From an uncultured Verrucomicrobiae bacterium (GTDB lineage Bacteria > Verrucomicrobiota > Verrucomicrobiia > Limisphaerales > JAFGQR01), in contig CAWBHS010000009.1 of NCBI GenBank assembly GCA_963788655.1, positions 1-64,000 of the forward strand: a stretch of 64,000 nucleotides of DNA, in the 5' to 3' direction. Position numbers and translations under genes: made by a program. Of the stretch, positions 51,621 to 64,000 are shown piece after piece. The notes under the pieces are model-generated. The model ran no database searches, was not told the origin of the DNA, and saw only the letters and a list, made by a program, of their open reading frames with translations. Position 1 is the first letter of the stretch; each line of letters begins with the position of its first letter.

Positions 51621-52502
51621 ATGAAAACGTGGATTTGTGAAGTGTTGATCTTCGTGCTGGCGACCGTCTTGTTGGTGGCGGGGGTGCCACCGGAGGGCCG
51701 GCCGCTAAATGATTTGCAGGAAGAAATCCTGGAGGTGACCCGGGAGATCAACCAAGCTCCGCGCAACCCCGAGCTGTATATCAAACGCGCTGAGTTGCAG
51801 CGCGCCGGTTGCCAGTGGGACGCGGCGTACGTCGATATCGGACGTGCCGAGGCGCTGACCAACCAGTGGCCCATGCTGGATTTGGCCCGGGCGCGAGTGT
51901 TCTTGGACGCGCAGTGGTTCGAGAGCGCCGAAATGGCAGCGGACCGGTTCCTGGCTCGCGTGCCCAAACATGTCGAAGCCCTGACTCTGCGGGCGCGAGT
52001 GCGCGTGAAACTGCGGAAGTTCCTGGCCGCCGCTGCCGACTATTCTCGGGCCATCGACAATTCGTCTGCTCCCGCTCCGCAATTGTATCTTGAGCGCGCG
52101 CAAGCGCTGGTCGCTGCCGGAGGCGATCATCTCGCTGCCGCCGTGCAAGGGTTGGATCAGGGCATCCGTCGGTTGGGGCCAATCCTCACCTTGCAGTCGG
52201 CTGCCATCGAATTGGAGCTGAAACAGCATCGGGTGGAGGCCGCGCTGGCACGGATCGACCGGGTGCTGGCGCAGGTGCCGCGCAAGGAAGCTTGGTTGCT
52301 TCGCCGGGGCGAGATTCTCCAGCAGGCGGGGCAAAACGCCGAAGCCGCTGATTCCTTTCGAGCGGCGCTGAAGGCGTTGGATACTCTGCCGCCCGGGCGT
52401 CGCGCCGTGCCGGCCACGCAGGAATTGGAGCAGCGAATTCGCGCGGCTTTGGCGGTTGCGGACAAAACGCAGGAGAGCCGGTCGGCTGCTCCGTCCCCGT
52501 AG
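51621..52502 (+). CDS. Exported tetratricopeptide-repeat protein
   Basis: Hydrophobic leader; helical repeats such as LYIKRAEL, AAADYSRAI, WLLRRGEIL..AG...EA. Confidence 0.8.
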   Translation: MKTWICEVLIFVLATVLLVAGVPPEGRPLNDLQEEILEVTREINQAPRNPELYIKRAELQRAGCQWDAAYVDIGRAEALTNQWPMLDLARARVFLDAQWFESAEMAADRFLARVPKHVEALTLRARVRVKLRKFLAAAADYSRAIDNSSAPAPQLYLERAQALVAAGGDHLAAAVQGLDQGIRRLGPILTLQSAAIELELKQHRVEAALARIDRVLAQVPRKEAWLLRRGEILQQAGQNAEAADSFRAALKALDTLPPGRRAVPATQELEQRIRAALAVADKTQESRSAAPSP

Positions 52503-52826
52503 CCCGGGTGTTTCGCGGCTGGCGGATGTGAACCCAAAAGTGCGCGCTTCCACGTCCGTCATGACCACAAAACCGTTATTCACCGGCCTGCTTTCGGACG
52601 GCAGGTTGCATTAACGGGTAGAAGGTGCGTAATCTGCCCGACCACCCTTCAGGTCAGGTGATGTTTCAAGCTGGTCTTAAGCGCTTAATAGCTAATGGGT
52701 TAACGGTCTGCTTGCGGTGAGTGCCACCGGCAAATGCCAATTCAACCGGTTGCCAATCGTTTCCTTTGAAAAAAACTCTGCGGATTTGTCTGCCGCTTTG
52801 CGCATGTATTAGGCGAAAGCAAAACA

Positions 52827-55800
52827 ATGAACCCACGTTTGAGCCATAATTTTTTGGCAGACGCGCTACGTCGCCATTGCAGTGCTAGGATTCTTATGAA
52901 ACAACAGATTCGTATTCTCGGAGTTATTTTCCCGGCCATAAGGCTGCGGCGCGGCTGGACGGTGGCGTGTCTGGTCGGAATGCTTTCTTTGGTGGGCCAA
53001 GTCTGGTCAGCCAGCGTGGAGCCCGGCACCGGATATACCAACGCCTTCGACGCGCAGCCGCAAGCGGCGGATTGGGCGACGTATAGTGCCGCGGGTTCGG
53101 CATCGGACAACTACGATGCCGACGAGGACATCAACGCCAATATCACGGCCAGCTTGGTAGTCAGCCCCATCGTGTCTGACCCGGGCGATCCGCCGGAAAA
53201 GAATGGCGAGGCGATGTGGAGTTCCAGCGGGCTGTACCTGCTCACCCGGCCGACCGGCAACCAGTACACGGTCTTGATGGGCAAATTCGTAAATAACACC
53301 AAAACCAATGCCACCCAATTCACCATTGCGTACCAACTGACCTTTGCGGGTGACGGTGTGGCCGAGGACAGCGGGCATGGCACAAGGGTGTATTACAGCC
53401 GGACCGGCGAAGCGGGCAGTTGGATCAATGTGCCGTCACTGAACACGACCGAATCAGCCGACGGCACGACACCGGTGAGCGCCAGTGTGAACGTGGATTG
53501 GCCGGACGAGGCCAGTCTGTATGTGGTATGGATGGACGACAATGCTTCGGGTATGGGGGACGACGTGGCCAATGAGATCGACAATTTCTCGTTGCAGGTG
53601 ACCGGAGGGCACGCCAGTGGCTTTTGCGTGTTTACTGGACGAGCCGGCGCCGGAGGCGTTCTTCGAGATGGGCACGCCCGTAGTCAAGACCGCCGTGCGC
53701 GTCGTGAGCGGCATTGCGCCATATACCGTTGAGTATTTCACAAACAGCGGGATTGGCAACGACGTGTTCGTTTCTGCCGGAACCAGCGATACGCCACCAT
53801 ACGAAATTGAATTGGTGGACCTGGCGGCGGGATAATTACAACTTCTACGCCGTGGCCACCGACAGCGCGGAGCCGCCCGCCACCACCATTTCCGCAACGA
53901 ATAGTTTTTGAGTGGCCGATCCGTTGGCCTTACGCTGGTGGCGCCGGAGCCGGATGCTTCGTTTGACCACAGCGAGGTCAGGTGCCAGGAACGGTTACGG
54001 TGTCTGGCGGATAGCCGCCATACAGCGTGCAGTTTTTGTTGGACGGCATGGCGGATGGCGAGCCGGTTGCCGGAAGCGCCTTACGAACACGGCTTCGGAC
54101 CGCTGTTTGTCGGCGATCATACGGTTCAGGCCACAGTCCCGATACGTTGGGTTGGGGGAGCGGTTCAGTGATGCTACACCCTTCACATTACCGGGCCATT
54201 GGCGGCGATCCTGTCGCCGGAGGACGGTGTCACGTACAATTACGGCGAGGAAGTGTTGCTCAGTGCTTTTATCGGTGGGGGCACGGCGCCTTATACCGCG
54301 ACATTCTACACCAATGACCAACCGGTCGGCACCCTGGATGCGCCGCCTTTCGCGACGAATCTGGGTATTTTGGCGGCGGGCAGTTACACCAGCTACCTGC
54401 ATGCGACGGACAGTTCGCTGCCGGATGCCCAGCAAGCCGATTCACGACCACGAATATCATCACCATCCGCCTAATCCCCTGGTGGCGACGTTGACCAGTC
54501 CGAACCACGGACAGAACATCGCCACCAATGCCGGATTTATCGCCCGGGTCACCGTCACCTTAGCCCCCCCGGTGACGGTGAGGGGCGTGGAGTTTTTCCT
54601 GGATGACCAGTCGTTGGGAATGGTCAGCGAGGCGCCTTACTTGGTGGACGTGCCCAGCCTCACGTTGGGTAGCCACACGGTTTACGCCGTGGCGAGCGAC
54701 AGTTTGGACCGGACCAGCTTCACGACGACGAACGAAGTAACAGGCGTTTACGATCCGTTGGCGAATGACAACTTTGCCAATCGCATTACGCTGGTCGGTC
54801 CCGTGGCCAGCGCCGCCGGTTCCAACGTCGGCGCCTACGACCGAAAGCCGCGAGCCTACGGGCAGCTTCTTTGAAGGGCTACGGCGCGACGCTTTGGTGG
54901 ACTTGGACGGCGCCCATTAGTGGAACAGTCACCATCGACACGTTTGGCAGCAGCTTTGATACATCCTTGGGCGTCTATACCGGCGACAACGTTCGCAATT
55001 TGCGTCAGGTGGCATATAACAACAATGCTGCTGGAGAAAATAACGTGAGCCAGGTGACATTCAGTGTGCAAGAGGGAGTCGAATATCAAATCCAAGTCGG
55101 CGGTATTCGCGGCTTTGGGTGGCCCAATCAGCCGCCGCCGGCCACTGGCACGATCCTGTTGCACTTGGAAATGCCGCCGTCCGTCACGCTGACCGAACCG
55201 ACTAACAACGGCGTTTTTATGACGGGGCAGTGAAGGTGATCCTGAGCTTGCGACTGCCAGTTCGCCCCACGCGCCGGTCGACGAAGGTCGATTTCTACAG
55301 CGACGACCTGTTCCTGGGGACGGCGAGCAAGGAACCATATAGCGTAACAGTGAACAATCTTCCGCCCGGCACCAACCAATTGTATGCGGTCGTTACCGAT
55401 GGCATCGGCCTGACAGCGTCTTCCCCAACCGTCAACGTGGCGGTGTTCAACCTGGGCATGACCGTGGTGTCGCCCGCAGACGGGGCGATTCTGAATGCCA
55501 ATCCGACGACCATTCGGGCGGTGGCGGTGCTGCCTTCAGGCACCATGACGAAGGTCGAGTTTCTGGTGGATGGCGAAACGGTCGGTGAGGATGAAACCGA
55601 ACCGTATAGCATCGTGTGGAGCAGCGTGACTCCGGGCTTGCACCGGCTCAGCGCGCGCGGCACCGATGAATTGGGCAACACGTACTTATCCACTCTGGTT
55701 TGGGTGGCCGTCGCGGAGCCGCTGGTGCCGAACGGGTCTGTCTGGAAGTATCTTGACGACGGTTCCGACCAGGGCACCAACTGGATTACCGCGGACTTTG

Positions 55801-58800
55801 ACGACGGCGAATGGAGCACCGGCCCGGCCGAATTGGGTTACGGCGACGGCGACGAAGCCACCGTGGTTAGTTACGGACCGGACGAGAACAACAAATACAT
55901 TACCACCTATTTCCGCCGGGCGTTTGTGGTGGATAATCCGGCCACCTTTGCCAGTTTGACTCTCTCGCTGGAACGCGATGACGGCGGCGTGGTGTACCTC
56001 AATGGCAAGGAGGTTTTCCGCACCGACAATTTGCCGGCCGCCCCCGAGGTGATCACTTTTACCAATCTCACCAGCGGCTTTGGGATCGAAGACACCGTGG
56101 ACGTGTTCAACTTGAACGTGGCCGACCTGGTGGCCGGAACCAACGTGCTGGCGGTCGAGATTCATCAGGAATCGGGAACCAGTTCCGATATCAGTTTCAA
56201 TCTCCAGTTGGTGGGCATCCCCGAGATCATCCGCAACCAACTGCCGGTCATTCATTTCTTGAACGTGGCCGATGGCGACTGGTTCTTCACGCCGGCGCAG
56301 GTCGTTTTGGACGTGGAAGCGTCCGATCCCGATGGCACGATTACCAACCTGGCCCTGTTCCAAGGGAACACCCTGCTGGCCGAATCCACCGAAAGCCCAC
56401 TGGCGTTCCGCGTGAACGAGTTGCCGCCGGGCATTTTCCACTTCAGCGCCATGGCCAGTGATAACGGCGGGGCGATCAACACCCGCCGGATTGAGGTGAC
56501 GGTCTATGAGCGCAGCCAGGAATGGGTTGCCTACAACGATCATTACGCCGGGCCTAACACCCATCCCTACGCCACCGCGTGGAACGCCTTTGGCACCGCC
56601 GACGGCGCGCCGGGCGACGAAGGCATGCTGCGGAACATTGCCAATGGTCACCCGGTGCCGGCCTTCTTGAATATCTTCGCGCTGGGGACCATGGGTGACA
56701 GCCTCAGTGGGGCACCGCCGCCGGGCACGCCTGCCTATGAGACGTTCAACGGGTTTGTTGACTTCGGGTCGGGTGAGGTCAATCACGCCATTGTGCTGAG
56801 CCGCGACTCCGTGGTGTTCCATTTCTTCTCGGGTCTCGATCCCGACCGGCGCTACAACTTCCGGGGCACGGCTGTGGGTGGCGTGCCTGATTTCAAGAAC
56901 CGCTGGACGCTGTTCACGATTGTGGGCGCGCGGGCCTTCACGCCGGCGCACACGGACAACGTGTTAACCAGCGAAACCAGTCCCGGCGCCTTGTATCCGG
57001 ATGAAGCCGCCATGAACACGGGCGACAATTCCACCGGCGATATGGTGGGGTGGGACAATATTGCCCCCGGTGAGGATGGCACGTTTACGATCGTGTCCAC
57101 GTTGTATCAAGGGCCGGCACCGGGAAATGATCCCCCCGGGCCTTACGCGTATGCGCCGGTGGCGGTGCGCGTGGAAGAAGTGGGCGCCGTGCCCTACGTG
57201 GTGCTGACCGAGCCGACGGGCTACGACTATTACGGCTTTACCGATCTTGATCTGGCCGCCACGGCCAGTGCGGTCGAAGGGATTACGAACGTGCTGTTCC
57301 TGGCGAACGGCACCGTGATTGGCAGCGATGCCACGGCGCCATATCGCATGGTCTGGCCGGACGCGACGTTCGGGGAATTGGCGCTGACCGCCCTGGCGAT
57401 GGACGCCTCGGGCCAACGGGCCACCTCGGCGGTGGTCCACGTCGTCATCAATCCGCCGCCAACCAACACAATTGCGCCGGTCATTGCCGCAGTCGATCCC
57501 GAGCGCGGGGCCGCGCTCACCGAGTTGACGACCATAGAAGTCACTTTCAGCGAAGACGTGTACGGTGTGGCGGCGGCGGACTTGCTGATCAATGGCACGC
57601 CGGCCACTGCCGTTAGCGGATCCGGCTCCAATTACTTGTTCACTGTGACTGCGCCGGCCTACGGGAATGTGCGGATCACCTGGTCGCCCCTGCACGGGAT
57701 CGTTGACAAAGGCTATCCGACGGCGTTGCCCTTTGATCACACCGGACCGGGCGCGCGTTGGAACTATGCCATGTTGGATCGGGTGGCGCCCACCGTGGCC
57801 GTCCTGGATCCACCCCTTGGGGCCAGCCTGACGAATCTCACCCAGATCACCATCGTGTTTAGCGAACCGGTGACGGGCGTGGATGCATCTGACCTGCTGG
57901 TGCGCAATGCCCCGGCAACGGCCGTGGCCGGTTCGGGCACCACCTACACCTTTGTCTTCCCCCCGCAGGTTTACGGGCTGACGATTGTGCGATGGGCGGG
58001 CAACCACGGGATTACCGACCTGGCGACGCCGGCCAATGCCTATGTGGCGTCGCCGCCGACGTGGACGTATGTCGTCAATGCGAATTCGGTGTTGGTGCAG
58101 ACCAACAGTGATTGGCGCCTGATGCGGGGCGTTGCCGAGGCCTCCGATCCCATGGGGGCATGGCGCCAGTTCGGTTTTGATGATTCGAGTTGGGAATATC
58201 TGCAAGCCCCGATGTTCTATGGCGATCCTTACGAAACGTACAACGAGGCAGGCACGTTGCTGGGCGACATGCGCGGCCATTACTCGAGCATTTTCCTGCG
58301 CAAGGAATTCCAGGTCACGAAAGCGTTAAGCCTGACTAACATGCTGCTCAAAGCGCAGAGCGACGACGCGTTCATCGCCTGGATCAATGGGGTCGAAGTC
58401 TATCGCTCCAATGTCAGTTTGGGCGACTTGCCACACGATGCCACGGCGTCTTCCGAAGTGGCCGAAACGGCGGCCAACGGCGTGCCGACGGTCATCTACA
58501 CGCTGCCGGATCCGTTTGGTTATATGCGCGAAGGCACGAACGTGCTGGCCATCCAGGCGTTCAACTATGGGGCGACCAACGACGACTTCAATTTTGACGC
58601 CCAACTATACTGCTATCGGTACAGTCCAAGTCTGGTCACGCCGGGAGTCATTCGGGTCAGCCCGCCGGCGAGCAGCCTGTTCGCCTTGACCAATATCACG
58701 GTGACGTTCAACGAATCCGTCAGCGGTGTGGACGCGGCCGATCTTCTGGTGAACGGCGTGCCGGCTGCATCAGTCATCGGTGGCGCCAGTAACGACGTTT

Positions 58801-61800
58801 ACACCTTCAGCTTCCCGCAGCCGACGTTTGGCGCGGTGGCCATTACCTGGGCGGCCAATCACGGCATTGCTGATTTCGATGCCTCACCACGGGCGTTCAG
58901 CGGCACCACCGGGAGCGCCACTTGGCAGTATAACTTGCTCAATCCGAGCGCGCCGATTGTAACGACGCAAGTGCCGGCCGCGGGGACGACGGTCAGCAGC
59001 CTGACCGAGATCACGGTGACCTTCAACGAGCCGGTGATGGGGGTGCAAGCGGAGGACTTGCGAATCAACGGCGTGCCGGCCGGCGCCGTGAGTGGCGACG
59101 GCGCCACCTACACGTTCACCTTCGCCCCGCCAGCCTACGGTGCGGTCTTTGTGACCTGGTCTTCCACCCACACCATCACCGACACCGAAAACCCGCCGGT
59201 ACCGTTCACCTCGTCCGCCCCGGGTTCGACGTGGTCCTACACGTATTTGGATCAGATCCCGCCGGCCGTGGCGGCGCAGATGCCAACCACCAACGAAGTG
59301 GCGGCGAGCTTTACCCAAGTAACGGTGACTTTCACCGAGGCAGTGCGCGGAGTGGATGCCAGTGATCTGCTCATCAATGGTGTGCCGGCGACGGACATCA
59401 GTGGCAATGGGGCGGTCTATACCTTTAGTTTTCCGCAGCCCAATGCCTCGGTGGCCGTGATCACCTGGGCGGTTGGCCACGGCATTTATGACCAGGCGTT
59501 CCCGATCAACAATGCCTTTGACGCCACCGTGTCCAGCTCGACGTGGGCCTATCAGATCCACGACAACATTCCGCCGGAATTAGTGAGCGTGAACCCGCTG
59601 CCTGATGCGACGGTGCGGGGCTTGACGCAAATTATTGTGACGTTCAATGAAACCGTGGAGGGCGTGGATGCCACGGACTTGTTGCTCAACGGCACGCCGG
59701 CCAGCAGCGTCAGCGGTATGGACACGGATTATACGTTCCACTTTGATCAGCCCGAGCCAGGGCTGGTGCAGGTATCTTGGGCGGACCATCATGAAATCCA
59801 AGATCTGGCCTCGCCGCCCAATCCGCTGGTGGCGGAGGGGTGGACGTACCTGTTGGATACCAACGCCCCGCCGCCCACCATCACGCGCGGGCCCTATCTG
59901 CAAATTCAGACCGCCAGCAGCATTATCGTGCGCTGGCGCACGGCGGTGGCCACGGACAGCGGCGTGCGGTATGGACCGGATCCCTACAGCCGCACCAACG
60001 CGGTGAATGACTTCGCATTGACGACCGAACACATCGTCACCGTTACCAACCTGCCGGCGGACACCAAGTTCTATTACGCCATCGGCACGACGGATGGGGC
60101 AATGTTGGCGGATACGAACTACTTCTTCCGCACTGCGCCGATTCCGGGAATCAGCCGGCCGACGCGCATCTGGTTCATCAGCGACTACGGCTTCCGAAAC
60201 ACGGGTGAACGCCAGGTGCGGGATTCCTATTTCAATTACGTGGCGCCGGAGAAGCCGGCCGACGTGTGGATTACCGGTGGTGATAACGATCAGACCGACG
60301 GCTCGGATAGCCATTATTCGGATTCGGTATTTGGAACGACATACGCGTATGGCGACCTGCTGGCGCACCAAGTGATTTGGCCGACGATCGGCAACCACGA
60401 TTACCAGAGCTCGCAAGGGCAGTATTACTACGCCAACTTTAGCCTGCCCGCCAATGGCGAGGCGGGCGGGGTGGCCTCCGGCACGGAGCATTACTACTCG
60501 TATGACTACAACGACATTCACTTCGTCAGTCTCGACTCGATTGACGGCACCCTGTCACGCTCATCGGAAACCCCGATGATCGACTGGTTGCGGGAAGATT
60601 TGGCGGCTACCACGCAACGCTGGATTATTGCCTACTGGCACGGTCCGGCGTACACCAAGGGCAGTCACGATTCGGACAGCACCACCGATACCCTGGCGTG
60701 GATGACGCAGATGCGGGAGAACGTCGTGCCCGTGCTGGAATCCAATGGCGTGGATCTGGTGCTGTGCGGCCACTCGCACGTTTATGAGCGGTCCTGGTTG
60801 CTCCAAGGCCATTATGGACTGTCCACCACTTTCAGCGAAACCAACAAAGTCGATGGCGGCGACGGCAAAGTGGAAGGCGACGGCGCGTACCTCAAACCGG
60901 ACGGCACCGGCACCGTGTACGTGACCGCCGCGTTGGGCGGTGATCCGCAAAACCACACCACGGCGCAGCACCCGGCGCACCGGTTGAAGGTGACCGATGT
61001 TTTGGGTTCGTTAGTGATCGACGTGAACAGCAACCGGCTGGACCTGCAATGGCTCAATACCAGTGGCGTGACGCAGGATCATTTCACCATCGACAAAACG
61101 CCGCATGCCGCACCGCCGTCCGCTCCGAGTGGCCTGACGGGCACCAAGACGGGTTCGAGTGTCGCGCTCGCGTGGCAGAACACCCCGACCAACGAAATGG
61201 GCTTCAAGGTCGAACGCGGCACCGATGCGCTGAACTTCAGCGAGATCGCCGAAGTGGGCGCGAACCTTACCAAGTACACCGATGCCAGCGTGCCGGCCGG
61301 GACCACGTGGTTCTACCGGGTGCTGGCTTGGAATGATGCGGGCTCTTCCCCCTATCCGCCGATCATAACTGTGGGAGCCGCCGCTGCACCCATATTGGCC
61401 GAACAACCGCAGAGCCAGACCAACGTTATCGGCAGCACCGCCAGCTTCACCGTGGCGGTTGCAGGCACTGCCCCGCTCAGTTACCAATGGCGGTTTAATG
61501 GCGAATTGCTGGCGGATGCCACTAACGCCACACTTGTATTGGCCGATGTGCAACCAGCTCACGCTGGAGAATATACCGTGCGGATAACGAACGCCCAGGG
61601 CCTGGCCGACAGTGATGTGGCGACGTTGACGGTCGTCGAGGCGCCGCTGGGTGATGCGCCGGTCATCACCGCGGCGCCTCAGAACCAGGCGGTGCCCTTG
61701 GGCGGCAATGTCACCTTCCACGTAGTCGCGGAGGGCACTCCCCCGATGACGTGCCAATGGTTTGAGGATGGCGTGTTGCTGCCCGGTGAAACGTCCACCA

Positions 61801-62147
61801 GCCTGACCCTGCTCAGCGTGCAGGCCGATGTCGCCGGTCGCGAGTATGCCGCCGTGGTCTCTAACCTCTATGGGAAAGCCACCAGCGCACCACCCGCCAA
61901 GTTGACGGTGGTGTTACCGCCGGCCATTGATCCGCCGGTCATCACCGGTGACGGCACCTCGTTCACCTTCACCGTGCCGGGTGCTGCCGGAGTGAACCAG
62001 ATCGTGGAATACAAGGATCAGTTGGGCGACCAGACTCCGTGGCAGATGTGGACAAATTTTAATTCGGCGGAGTCGCTGACGATCACGGTACCGATTGATC
62101 CGGAACAGCCGGGGCGCTTCTACCGCGTGCGGGTTTCCGTTCCGTAG
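52827..62147 (+). CDS. Giant secreted Ig-repeat protein with a purple-acid-phosphatase-like metallophosphoesterase; 5' part frameshifted
   Basis: Abutting frames from 52827 to 55233 lead into 55230..62147. Six VTF.E.V.GVDA.DLL.NG repeats; SDYG, GDNDQ, GNHD, GHSH; FN3; two Ig domains; C-terminal FYRV. Confidence 0.85.
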
Positions 62148-62421
62148 CGCGGCGGCCACAAAGCCTTGCCATGTTTGGTGACGGCGCCGGCAGCGGAGCG
62201 TGGACATCCCCGCCCGCTACCGGCGCCCACTTTTTCGATACGGACAAGCAAGACCATCACGGACCGAGAATCTGGGGTGATCGAGCTTGTTGAATCGCAG
62301 TGGCGTTTCGGGAGTGCGCCGCATCCTTGCTGATGCCCACTTGACGGCTCTGCCGCACCGCGGCTACGCCCGGGGCTCCACCACAAGTGAATGCCGGAGT
62401 ATCCCCGCGCATCCAATAGCA

Positions 62422-64000
62422 ATGCAATCGTTTACCTTTGGTCTGACTTGTGCCTGCCTGACCGCGGCTTCCTTGTTCGCGGCGGGGCCCATTCCTCCGT
62501 TTCCGCCCGATCCCCAACAGGCGCTTGAACGCACCTGTTTTCAAACCGGCCAGGGCTGGAGCGAAATGGGGAATTTGCGCTCGGACGTGGCCATCGTTTA
62601 CGGCATCGATGCCCGCCTGCCGCAACGCATCCAAACCTGGCGCGATCGCGGGTATCGCATCCACGTGATGACCGGCGTCTCGTGGGGACAATACCAGGAT
62701 TATCTCTACGGCCGCTTCGATGGCGTGAACCATGAGGACGAGGCGCAAACCGAGCGGTCCGGGAACAAGGTCAGTCACGGCGGCGACGTGTATTACATGT
62801 GTCCGGGCGACGAATTTCGGGAAGTTCCTGTGCGTGGGGGTGCAACGCGCGCTCGACGCCGGCGCCGAGGCGATTCATCTCGAGGAACCGGAGTTCTGGG
62901 TGCGCAGCGGTTATTCCGAAGGCTTCAAACGCGAGTGGAAGAAATATTACGGCGAAGCCTGGCAGCCGCCGCACAGATCGGTCGATGCCCAATGGCGCGC
63001 TTCGAAATTGAAGTATTATCTCTACCGGCGCGCGCTGCAGCAGGTGTTTGATTACGTGCAGGCGTACAACCAAACGACCGGCCGCAAGGTCCATTGTTAC
63101 GTGCCCACCCACAGTCTGCTGAACTACGCGCATTGGCGGATCGTCAGCCCGGAGTCGAGTCTCGCACGGCTGAAGGGTTGCGACGGCTACATCGCGCAAG
63201 TATGGACCGGCACCTCGCGCACGCCGAACCGTGTATCGCGGCGAATTACGCGAACGCACGTTCGAGACGGCCTTCCTCGAATACGGCGCCATGCAAAACC
63301 TCGTTCGCTCCACGGGCCGCACCGTCTGGTATTTGAACGATCCGGTCGAGGACAATCCCAACCACGACTGGGAACGACTACCGGGTGAACTGGGAGTCCA
63401 CCATGACGGCGTCGTTGCTGCAACCGGAAGTCTGGCGATACGAAGTGGCGCCCTGGCCCGAACGCGTTTTTGGCGGCCGTTATCCCAAACGCGGCCAGCG
63501 CCGATGAGCGCGAGCCTATGCCGCCCGCCTACGCCACGGAAGTGCAGACGGTGATCAACGCGCTCAACGACATGAACCAGATCGCGCGTCGAATGGGACT
63601 GCGGCACGGAGGGCATCGGGGTGTTGGTCAGCGATTCGCTGATGTTCGAACGCGGTGAACCCACCCCCAGCGATCCGCACTTGAGCCAGATTTACGGATT
63701 GGCGTTGCCGTTCCTGAAGCGCGGCATGCCGATCACGCCGGTGCAATTGGAGAACGTGACCGTGGCCAATTATCTGCGCGGTTTTAAACTGCTCCTGTTG
63801 ACCTATCACGGCATGAAGCCGCTCAGCCCGGACGTTCATGCCGCGCTGGCGGAATGGGTCAAGCGCGGCGGGGTGCTGGTGGTGTGCGACGACGACGGCG
63901 ATCCATACAACCACGTTCGCGAATGGTGGAACAGCGATGGACGAAACTATGCCACACCGCGGGAGCATTTGTTTGAGCAACTGGGACTGGCTTCGGACAA
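62422..64000 (+). CDS. Secreted hypothetical protein, possibly glycoside-hydrolase-like; frameshifted and cut by the window end
   Basis: Signal peptide at 62422; consecutive frames with IHLEEPEFW, DGYIAQVWTGT and a late ALAEWVKRGGVLVV segment. Confidence 0.6.

Overview
A GC-rich bacterial window, most likely Verrucomicrobiota (Pedosphaerales-like). This is inferred from the gene families, the REP repeats and the C-terminal motifs of the secreted proteins. The main accessory feature is at 1-5.4 kb: a minus-strand integron gene-cassette array with 7 attC sites and 8 cassettes. It has non-canonical cores and no intact integrase in the window, but is followed by a palindromic attI/Pc-like region, a 274-bp MITE and a possible decayed intI fragment. 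Next is a minus-strand cluster: HAD hydrolase, P3A-type H+-ATPase, cytidylate-kinase-like protein, FtsH, DegP, AckA and phosphoketolase. After that come an ECF sigma/anti-sigma/RDD operon, a CX5R phosphatase-fold/heme c fusion beside DoxX, ABC exporter genes, an SGNH hydrolase, LptF/G, two orphan histidine kinases and xylA. The right part holds a start-less three-CxxCH cytochrome c remnant missed by the ORF track, a pseudopilin, an amidohydrolase-CBM9 fusion, proB, mazG, an NYN nuclease, a TPR protein and a roughly 3100-aa Ig-repeat metallophosphoesterase. Several REP/REPIN families occur, including tandem and nested arrays. Many genes are split by frameshifts, probably consensus indel errors. 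No rRNA, tRNA or CRISPR array was seen. All product calls come from reading motifs by eye; no database search was run.
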